Of a DNA stretch of 64,000 nt, positions 13,596 to 24,133 are shown piece by piece. Source of the stretch: Yuukianura sp. NJ FZ-2021 (taxonomy: Eukaryota). How positions within the stretch are numbered: the first letter of the stretch is position 1; the number at the start of each line of letters is the position of its first letter. The notes beneath the pieces were generated by a model that was not told the origin of the DNA, made no database searches, and saw only the letters and a list, made by a program, of their open reading frames with translations. The DNA is taken from assembly GCA_046563655.1 (NCBI GenBank), contig CM102289.1, positions 3,782,001 through 3,846,000 of the forward strand, written 5' to 3'. Position numbers and translations under genes: made by a program.

Positions 13596-16500
13596 CACTC
13601 ATTAGCTTACTGTTGAAGTTAGCATATTATTTATAAAGTACCATGACCTGGAAATGAGAACTCGTTCATCCCTTCAATTCAATGTCACCCAGGAGTTGCC
13701 GCCGTTTCTGTTTGTTTTATTTGTACAGCTTTATTTAGCCTACTTAAAAACTAATTTAAAAAGTGAAATTAATAAATTAATGTAAACACGTTCAACATTT
13801 GATTAAAACCGGCTAAATAGTATCAAGTATAATTTAAAAAACTAACCCCCACTGCAAACGCCAACAAGTAAAAGTTAAGCAGTGGGTGGAGGGAGTAACT
13901 ATACTTTGCAGAAGACTTTCCTTAATCAAACTTTTAGTTAACGTCGACTATAACATATCATACATACCTGTACATTCCCACAACTGGCTATAGCTTATCA
14001 AAATTCGCTTTAACTACCATATCATTTTAAGTAGTTTTTATATTTTTTTTGTCACTTAATTTTTACTCAAATGCTTTCAGCATTATTATAAGATTGCATT
14101 GTGTTTTACAACTGAAAAACTCGTTTGACTAGTAGCGCTCATTGTTGGCGAATTATTATTGACCTATTATGTAATCATAGTGTTTTAAATTTAACACTCA
14201 AAGCAGTTAATCACATGCTCACCTTCCACGAGCATGCTTCATTAACTTTTTATAGCAAATAAGTGTCCTTTAAGGGTGCGAAAGTTTAAGAGTGCGAAAG
14301 GGACAGTAGTGGCGTCGGCTTACTGATAATCGCTATGGAGTGCAATCAGTGTGTCAATTCTTTCCATAAAGTGCTTGTCAAAAACTTGAGTTAATGCGAA
14401 ATCCGCATGGGTGATTTGGATACATCAGTTTGATTTTAATTGTCCTTTGGTTGTTTACACTTTGATCAAAATCCAAGTCCATTCTTTGGAATTTAAGCCC
14501 CAACTTATCTAATCGTAGCACTTCTGCACAATAATGTTTCGCAAGGATCGAGTGACTTTGGTAGCAGTTTTCATGTGAACAAACCTAAATTCAAATACTT
14601 GCCAAAATCCCAACGTAATTCTACGTTCCATCCCACACGGCCATCACTTACTTTTTTAAGTGAAAGCTTGGAGAAATTCTTTAACGAAAAGAAAACCAGT
14701 GTTGACTAAATTAAAGTTAAAGTTAAAATCTGACTAAGCGTTTCGTACTAACCTAGTGCCGAAAGTACCACAATGTTTCTGGAAATTGCAATTGCGTGGG
14801 TAACTATTGGCTTGATGGCCTACATCTTCTCCATGTTTGGCATAGATCGAGTTTATGGAGAGGAGTTTCACCAAGAGTAAGTCCCCTTTTTCGTAAAGCT
14901 TTTCAACATTTTGCTAAATCTTCGACAAAAAATGTCTGAAATTTTACCCAATCCAAAGCAGCACATAATGAACCCGCAATCAACTAACGCACACAGTTGG
15001 CATCAAGTGACTGATTTAACAACGCAATTTTAATTCAACTTCAAATGCGCGTGTTAAGCTCAAATTAATTTACTACCGGTGCATCTTCCCCTTAAGAATG
15101 CACTAGCATAAACATTAATTAACCAAACTTAAACATCTAAACGCAAAAGTTGTGATGTTGAATTTCGACTGTGAGTAAAAGTTAATCCCAATTTCCACCG
15201 CAATGCGTTGTGCTGTTCCCTCGTCTCACCGCTCTTGCAGCTTTATAATGCTGCGATGTATTCTTGAAACAAGCGTTTTGCTTAAGGAATATTGGATGAA
15301 GGGAGATGTAACAAACAATGGGAAGGTGAATGCATTCAAATCCCACCTGTAGACGAGGGGAAAGACGACTCAAACCGCTACGTCCATTCCCTTTGGCTAA
15401 AAACTGTGGGAATAACCTCATACTTATAGGCTTTACCCGTACCGTTGGGTGACTTCTCAGCTCTGTCGAAAAATAAGTCTATCAGAATCTTAAGTGCAGT
15501 GTGTAACAATTTAGGAATTGATTGGTGCAATCGGTCGGAGGTTATTCACGTTCCCTCTCCAAATAGCACTTCAGCCTAATTTTACGTCTTATACATAATT
15601 GATTTCAATACATTCAATTTTATTACTAATCAACCAATTCACTGTTGATTAACTTCCGGCTTCAACCACCGAACCACTCATCAACAGGTTCGTAAAAAGT
15701 TTATTTTCAGACGAAAAGGCATTTTCAAATATTAATTTTTGAATTTTTTTTTCATTATCAACACACTTAAGCTAAATTGTTTTAGGTTTGGTTTTTTCAA
15801 TAAGTTTAATTTAGGTTTTTAAGAGTGATTTAGTTTTCATTTTCCAAAATTCAAGTAACCGGGTGACTCGAACTCTCAACCGCATTGGCGCTTAACTTCC
15901 ATTTAGCAATATATTTTTTTTTTTTGCAAAATTCGCAAAAAAAAATTTTAACTTTAAAGTTTCAGCAACGAATGAATTAGGCTGTATGCTAGAACTTTTG
16001 GAACGCATGAATATAATCATTTGGTTTCATAATCGCAACCATCAACCTTTGCTAGTTTAGACAAACACTTAAAAAAATGGAGGTCCTACGCAGTACATCT
16101 AAAGTGAAACCTAAGCAAATGGAGTAACATGTTGTATTGTCGCCTTATCCATGTTCTAATATAAAGTAATTCAGTATTCAAGGTTCCTACTTGTTGTAAA
16201 TAACTCCAGGTTCAAATTTCGCTGCGATAATGATAAAATTTGCACTTAAAAAGTTGAGTCCTCCAGAACAGTTAAAATGCTGCTTGAAAGCGGCGTGGGT
16301 TCTACTGGTCTTCGTGCGTGTCGATGAGAAAATGAAAGGGAAAATCACAAGGGCAAACTCCATGACGGCCAACTGACATAGAGAAACTTAACGCTATTAT
16401 CACTTCAGGCTACTTTTTAGTTTTAGTTACTCCCTGCATTTAAGTTAAAAAAAGCAGGATAAAAAACTGACCGATTTGAAAAGATTTTAGACATGATCAT

Positions 16501-19500
16501 TTTCAAAGCAGAGTAATAATTTTATTGGATTTTGCTAAGTTTGCAATAATGCAGCGAAATAACTCATAGCGTGATGCATTGTGTTGGATATGCTGTAATT
16601 TGCATGTCAACTACTAGCATCAGTTTGAAAGCAAAAAAGTATAACTTTCAACTGACTTTAGGTTAAGTTGATCTACAGCAGCGCCATATATAATCCATGC
16701 TGATGATGAAGTATGATGTGGGGGTGTAGAATGAATTTTTATAGTAGCAACACGAAAGTTTCCAGGTGAGTGAGTCTCATTTCCTGCCAACAATCATCAG
16801 AATGAAATACCTTCTTATTATGTTAGTTATCAAATGGACTAAGCAAGGGCAAGTCCACGTCTGTGTAATAACCTTTAGTGCAAACCAAAAAGCTTATTAC
16901 ATAGCAGCAGCGCCTAAGAAGATATTAAACTTTTGCGTTAATTTCGTGTGTATAAGCGTGAGAAAAGAGGGGAAAATGTTTCTTTGGAATTTCTCAAAGC
17001 GTCGTGGTCGTTCGGACAAATCGCGCAAAAAGAAACAAGATGAAAAGAGTCGAGGAATTGAAGTGCATAGTGTTAGGGACAATTTTATCATACGTCCTAA
17101 ACTACCACCGGAGTTTACTCGCGGGAAACAGTTATTCAGAAAGCAAGTTCCAATATTTGCACTACGACGGGTCAACAGTTGTCAAAGTTGGACTGAGAAT
17201 GAGACTGTAGGAGTCGCCACACCTAGGTTGTGATGTTGTGAATTTACCTTATTCTTCTACGCTAGAGGGGCACATAAGTTAACCTTATGCATGGAATTTG
17301 AAATTCTTTGTTAGAATGAAAAGGGAAACCTTCTGTTGTATAAAGTCCAGCAGGGAGTAACTATTAGAACAAAATAGCTTTTAATTAGATAACTGAAATA
17401 CAATTAGTTACTCACTCTACTTTTTATGATGAAGTTATAATTTTTGTCATTTATTGTCAAAGTCTGCACCAGTTTAGCTTTGGGCTTCGCTACCTCACCT
17501 ATTTATACCATGTCCACAACGTTTTTAGTTTCCTGGAATGGAGGGAGTAACTATTGCCAGTCAGTCGGTTCAGGTGCGTTGAGTGTCACCTTCGCAATAG
17601 TCTCTCCCTTCGGTCCACTTTATTGAACCGGTTTGTCTAAAAAGTGCTACAAGAGTTGCATTGTGTCAAAACTACAAGGATTTGGATGTTAACCAAAAAA
17701 GTCTTAATTTTGCATGTCAATCAACTTGTTGTAGTAAACGACGACGGCAAGTGTTGACGCGAAACTAAGGTGAAAGTACGGCTTCCTTCTGTCGATCATT
17801 GGAATTAGGATGACAAGGAGGGATTTGTTTCTTTTAAAACTTGGAGCTTTCGAGAATAATAGTGGCAGCATGGGAAATAAATCGGTGTCATAACCTAAAA
17901 CTTCAGTCGCCGTGTCATCCCAATGTAAACACTAGAAAATGAAGCACTACACCATAGGAATTCGGAATTCACTTCTTTTTGAACAAATTCATCCATCCAT
18001 AAACTGGGCTTTCATTATTCAGTCATTTTCTCATTTTGCATACAAATACATGATCGTGATATGAGCCATAAGAAATGTCTCGGTCATTCACTTGCAGGGA
18101 GTAACTATAGTAGGTAGATGAAGCAAATGTTATTTTTTGTTACTCTTCATCAATGTTTTATTAACGTCACTTTACGCTTTACGGTTATAAAAGGAAACGG
18201 AAAGTATAGCGTCCACTGTTACCGTTTCTACATTGGTTGATTTTGGTTTGAAACAAAACTTGTGCAGGAATTTATGACTAATTGTTAACCGCTTTTGTCA
18301 GCCCTACTTTTTATTAACTAACGGTGGTGTCGATGTCCGAGATTGCCGAATGTTGCGATTACATGAAACTAAGTGTGAATATGAAATGAGTTAAAGTATT
18401 TTATTCGCTCTTGTTAATTTTGTGTTAATACAAAAGAATGCGTAACAAGGCGCCAGCGGGAGAAAATTGTCACACATTATTGACAAAACTAAACGGCTTT
18501 TGATTCTCTGAAAACGTGCTGAATTTACTTTAATTTTTTAAGACAATTAATTTTAAGAGAATAATGTCAAGCCTAAAAATTAATCACTAACTACAATTTT
18601 TTTTTTGCCTTTCAGCCTATTAACTTTGGAAAAGAAAGTGAAGAATCCCAGGAATTGTCCACTGTGCAAGCAGAACTTGACTACTTGGTTCAGCCAATGT
18701 GTCACTTGCAGCGAGTGTGACCTTAGAACCTGTCGTTCATGCTCAGACTACAATCAAGTCGTGGGAGAATGGACTTGTCACAGTTGTGTTCATCTTCGAA
18801 ACAATAGGCAGGCTGGGTAACGCAACTTTTTCATTGTCAAAAATCTCCATTGTGTCGAATTTCTACTCCAACCCATTCCCCATCCTACAGGCGTAACGTC
18901 ACAAAAATTTTTGAATTCCAAATTTTTGTGAAAACTGCCTACTCATAATTCTTTACGCTAATTAATCACATTTCAATGCATTCTTTCCAGATGGGATGGT
19001 GTGAGTCGAAGCTCCTCTAAATTCTGGTACGACGATCTTTTGTCCAACGGCTCATTGGCAGTACTGTGTGTTCCTGAAAATTCACACATTGATCGAACAG
19101 CGGCGTTGCGCTATGAACAACTTGAGCAGTTTGTTTCCCACTACCTCAACATCAGTATCCAGGAACTGAACACTACTGATGTCGGGAGGGTATTCAGAGC
19201 TTCAAAGTGTAAGACAATTAGAAAATTTCTTTAGAAAATTTACTTTTGAAACCACCGTGTGAGTTCAGTAGTAGTATTCCCTAACCAATTGGCATTTCTT
19301 ATTGGATGGGATGTTTTTCTAGCAATGTTTTTCTGAGAAAAGCTGGTTCGTGTAGCGGAGGGAGTAACTACACGAATGCTTTGCGAGGAGTCCGTACCAA
19401 AATCTAAGTAAACAATAAGCTACACAGGTTCATTGTTGTTTTAGATAATTTGAGATGGACCCTTTCAAAGGCCGGTTTGGTGCATAACCAAATTCGGTTT

Positions 19501-19515
19501 TTAGTTACTCCCTCC
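12224..19515. repeat. Dispersed motif family (G)GAGGGAGTAACTA / TAGTTACTCCCTC(C), often as inverted pairs
   Basis: Forward copies at 12224, 13888, 17350, 17540, 18094, 19357. Reverse copies at 12292, 13125, 16424, 17405, 17594 (degenerate), 19502. All are intronic or intergenic. Confidence 0.85.
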
Positions 19516-22500
19516 AGTTGAAAAGAAGTTTTCCTCAGAAATAGTTGTGGCCTATCCAGAAGTAATAAATTCGATAAAAACAAACTTGGACCCAACTTGC
19601 ATATATTTGTTTCGTATTTTATTCCAGATGATCTACTGTTTGCACGCTATCATGAGGTCATAAGCTTGGAAGTCGAACAGGTTTTACGCACATCTGCGGG
19701 TGAGCATGAATGCCAAACGCATTATTAAGCTTATTGGTATTATAATTTCTGGAATTGATGAAATTTTGAACTGGTGCAGATAAAGTCCAAGAGTCGACGG
19801 CATTACGGAAACTGAAGGAACTGATCAACAAGGTCAAAGTTGCTGCCAAATTGGATTTGGAGAAAAATATGGAGCAAAATCCTAGACGGAAATACCCGGG
19901 TAGACAAAAACGTTATGAACCGACATACCCTGATGTCCTCTCCACGGCCATTTTGAACAGAATCATTATTGACAGTCAAGTAAAACCTACAAATTGCAGC
20001 GTCTCTCCAGTTTCGAATGATTCAGCAGTTGTGGTCGACTACTCATCTGCGTCTACCGATCTCCACGAAAGCGGCAGTGAGAGAAGTACTTTGACAAAAA
20101 TCAAAAGCTTTAAATCAAGTTACTGCACTTTGAAGCATATCATTTGTAATACCTGAGAAAAAAAAAACTGATTTTGGTTTGATTTTTTCAAAACCAGGTA
20201 CAACCAATTGGATAATGTCAAGTACAACAGAAGAAACCACAGTGTTGAGGACTTCGGACGATGAGAGCATTGTTGAACTGCCCGGTACGGAGAGTCTCGG
20301 TTCGAGTTGGTCAGCCGAAAATGGCGCTCCATCTCAAGCATCCCTGAAGGTAATGGAGTAGGTTTGGGCATTTGGATATGAACGGTTGATCTTTTGTTTC
20401 AATCACGCGATGGCTTTAAGAGCACTTACTTCATAAACTAGTAGGCCAATGCTAAATCTCTTCCTTTAAGTACAGATTGAAGAATCCATTGAAGAAATCA
20501 CGACGCAAACGTACGAGTCCAGTTCAGGAGATGACGAAGGCAGTTCTGACGATTCCGACGCTGATCCCATGTCACCAAAAAATGTAATTCATGACAACGT
20601 GTCAAACTGGGAACACAATTGGCTTTTGGGTCGAAAGAAGGAAGTACTCAACAAACGGCAAAAACTTCTGCAAGAACCTGTTGCCATGCTGGTTCCGAAC
20701 CCGACAGGAGAGGGAGAAGCGGAGGTCATGATAGGAGATGAAAAGGCGAGTGACCTAGAGGATGATCTTGAATCCTTGGATGTGAGTCAGTTGGGTTACG
20801 TCGTAGTGACTGCTAAAGATACGCGTTCTTCGTCTGAAAGTGAAACTGAGAATACGGAATCACTTTCTGAAGTACTGGAGACCCTTGTGCCATTGATTCA
20901 ACCGGCGGTACTACATCCCATCGAAAACGAAGCCCCGAAAATCCCGGTTCCCACGCCACGTTCAACTGCTCCCCCCGTTTCTGAATCAATTCCGGTGGAA
21001 ATCGTGATGCTGAAGACCGTTGAAGTAGAAGTAGAGATTCTATCACGGGGCGACGACGCTAACGAGTCGCTTACATTAGATATCCACTCTCGTCCAGAAC
21101 CAGAACGCGAGGTAAATTTCGAAATGCCAGGCCTCGACGCTTCGTTTTCTTCAACTATACTTTGTCGCTTGTCATTTTGCACGGCATTTCTTATTTCCAA
21201 AAACTGTCCATTGCTTGTAACTACAGTTTTTAACTTTCAGATTTTGCATCGGACCCTATCTGAAACAAGAGAGGAATTGCACGATGTACGAACCAACGAA
21301 CCAACCGAGTACCTCAGACCAATAAATGCTACGCCGAAAGAAGAAACGTCAAGTGATTCAAGTGATTCTGAAATTGAACAGCCCAAACTACCCATGAAGA
21401 TTGCGGAACGAGAAAAAGAAAAGTGGAACCATCCAGTGTCAATCAAGAACAACCCATATGCACCTGAAAACTTAAACAAACGTCTTCAACAAAAAGATTT
21501 CATTTCAGTTCATACATCTAGCATCGAGGAACCTGTAGCCGATGTCGGAACCGCAGATGATTTTGCAGTAGACACTAGAAGCCTGGACAAGTAAGTCTTC
21601 TTTTCCAAGCAAATACGAATTTCATTCTCTTTTGACGCTGGTAGTTGATTTCAAATTTATTGAAATATCTGTAGATTTCGTCGCGACTATTACGTTCACA
21701 AGAGCAGCGACGCACCACCTCGGAAAATCTCTACATCCTCCTCTTCTGATGGCGAATTTCAAAAAATGAAAGTAGAACACGCCAATTTGGTACCTACTAT
21801 GTCTGTCGAGCATCGAATCGACACACCGAAAGTAGCCAAATCTGTTGAACCACGAATCGAAACACCGAAGGTAGCAGCCAAATCTGTGGAGCAGCGAGTC
21901 GAAACACCGAAAGTAGCAGCAAAATCGGTATCTGTGGAGCAGCGAATCGAAACACCAAAAGTAGCAGCCAAATCTGTATCTGTGGAGCAGCGAATCGAAA
22001 CACCGAAAGTAGAAGCCAAATCTGTATCTGTGGAGCACCGAATCGAAACACCGAAAATAGCAGCTATATCTGTGGAGCAGCGAATCGAAACACCGAAAGT
22101 AGCAGCTAAATCTGTGGAGCAGCGAATCGAAACACCGAAAGTAGCAGCCAGAGCCAAGTCTGTGGAGCCTCGAATCGAAACACCGAAAGTAGCTGCTAAG
22201 ACTGCAGAGCTCGAGCAGCGAATCGACACACCGGAAGTAGCATCCACATTCTCTGGATTCCCTGACTCAGATTTGGAAGAAATCAAACTGCCGTCAGTAC
22301 GAAACCTTGCAAAGAAGTTTAGCACTCCGATCCCGGAGCCAAAAGCATCTTCGCCAATAAGGGAAGTGAAAACGAGCAGTTGGAAGCCAGTCGTTGGTGT
22401 AACGAATTCAACTGTAAAGCAACAGGTAATTTCAAAAAATAACTACATTTTTCAAAACCATTTAAGTTAACGAAAGTTATTACTCCTGAACTTTTCGGAA

Positions 22501-23578
22501 CAAGAAATTTGGTTTAAACTTAACAATCTTTGAAACAGTCAATTGAGTCCATTCCGGATGAGGTTAGGGTTGATCCAAAAACAATCGCGGCCAGGGATGA
22601 TTCTGTTGTACACCAACAGCAACGTCCCAAAACTCGTCACAATCTTGTTCACACTTCGGCAGAAAACTTAATCAGTTTTGACGATTCGGTGTCTGATACC
22701 ACATCCCGATCCCGTCATAGTAGTCAAAGTTCTTCTTCTTCCTCTGAAGAAGATCTAACTTCGGCAACAAATATTTCCACTCCCCCAGCACGTCGCCTGC
22801 AGTCTCCATCACTGTATGCTCAGTTTTCCCGATCAAAGTCAGAACCCCCAGTTGGCAGCCCCGTTACAACGTCTCCTCTTTCCGAGATGGAAGACTCATC
22901 GTGGAAATCCACGCGCCAAATGATTCTGGAGTTGGAAAAGAAAGCTCAAACGGTGGCTCAACCTTCTCCAGTGTCGGTGAAAAGAACACCGTCAGGTAGC
23001 ACCAAACCGCCTACACGCGTAGGCGCTATTGAGGAGCTAGCTAATCAACCAGTTGCTGAAGTAGTATCTGTTCAAAAGTTAGCAAACGACGTTGATCTTA
23101 AAAAACTGAAGAGGTCAATTGTCCGTGGAGCTCGGACGAGGAAAGGAGTAAGCTTGGACAAAGCACCAGCAGACCTTTCACGCCAAACCGCGATTGATCA
23201 TGACGACAAATCAGTTCCAATCCGGCAAGACGTCGAGTTAGTTGAACAGCTTACAAACGTCGCCCTACCTCGTCTAAAGAATGTTGTATTAGGTCCAATA
23301 GTATTGTGTCCAGCCAAACGTTTTGTTTCTTGTCTTTTGGTTATTGTATTCAGATTTGTTCATCTGGACAAATATATTTCGTGTGTTCAATTTTGTTTTC
23401 TTGCTTCTTACGTTCTGAACAGGCCATTGTTAACACAATTTTGACTCGAACATCATTTGTATTTCAGATACACAGTCTAACGGCACGCTCCGTTTCCCGA
23501 GAATTCCGAGAAGGTCTCCGACTCTCCAAACCAGCCATATCTAATTGCAATATAAAAATCAGCGACAATAATTTTTAA
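14773..23578 (+). CDS. Rab-effector-type (FYVE_2/rabphilin-like) zinc-finger protein, MyRIP/melanophilin-like. Alternative first exons 14773-14876, 16713-16765, 16976-17226. Common exons 18616-18816, 18991-19208, 19628-19699, 19780-20085, 20198-20349, 20476-21111, 21241-21590, 21675-22425, 22539-~23285, 23468-23578
   Basis: CxxC..CxxC..CxxC..WxCxxC finger (CPLC...CSECDLRTCRSC...WTCHSC). All exon joins are phase-consistent. Short conserved-looking islands (SNWEHNWLL, PVAMLVPNP, NNPY, RRDYYV, LPSVRNLAKKF, IHSLTARS) sit in a long acidic, disordered body. AATAAA at 23615-23620. Confidence 0.75.
21802..22242 (+). repeat. Coding tandem repeat, about 10 units of 39-48 nt, consensus peptide SVEQRIETPKVAAK(SV)
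   Basis: Directly visible repeats of tctgtggagcagcgaatcgaaacaccgaaagtagcagc; in frame within exon 21675-22425. Confidence 0.95.
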
Positions 23579-23614
23579 GCTAATTATTCAATCTATTGAT
23601 GCAGACCAAAGAAT

Positions 23615-23651
23615 AATAAAAAACCGTTTTTGTTCTTTTTAAGCGTTTATT
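23615..23651. terminator. Back-to-back polyadenylation signals of convergent genes
   Basis: AATAAA on + at 23615-23620 and AATAAA on - at 23646-23651. Confidence 0.55.
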
Positions 23652-24133
23652 GAGTTTGGTAAGGGACAGCTAGGTCCACAAATGTAGTGTAGAAGTATTT
23701 TCGTACTTTAGGTATTTTTTTAAACATTTCTAAAGCCGGCCTAGAGTCATCGATATCTTCACGAGTAAAGTGTAACGTGATGTCACAATACGAATTGAAA
23801 CTTAAAAGTTAAAGTCATTTCAAAGAGACATGGGTTTTCATTTTCATTTCATTTTGAGGATTTGTTTGCTACTTTCTTCGTCATTCTATAGATCATTCAA
23901 ATTATTTGGGAATTAGTGCTGCAACAAAAAATTTACCGTGTCAAACCGGCGATACCCACAGAAATGGCTACGTAATCGCTACTGCATGATATCCAAAGCA
24001 AAACTGTATCCGTTTTTATTTCACTACAGCCCGATGCATCATGGAAGGTTAGTCCACTGGTACGTAGTCAGCTCAAGCTTTTTTTTTGATTTATCAAACA
24101 AAATTGGTTAAGTTGATCAGATTGTTGTATGCT

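Noticed and set aside
12224..19515. Match of GGGAGTAACTAT to the 28S rRNA segment near the R2/I-PpoI site
   Set aside because: The similarity stops at about 12 nt and the following GACTCTCTTAAGG is never present, so this is not rDNA.
21802..22242. Regular repeats that superficially resemble a CRISPR array
   Set aside because: There are no unique spacers, the units are in-frame coding repeats in a eukaryotic exon, and no cas genes are present.
21622..22325. Minus-strand ORFs of 138, 188 and 84 aa
   Set aside because: They are antisense shadows of the coding tandem repeat.
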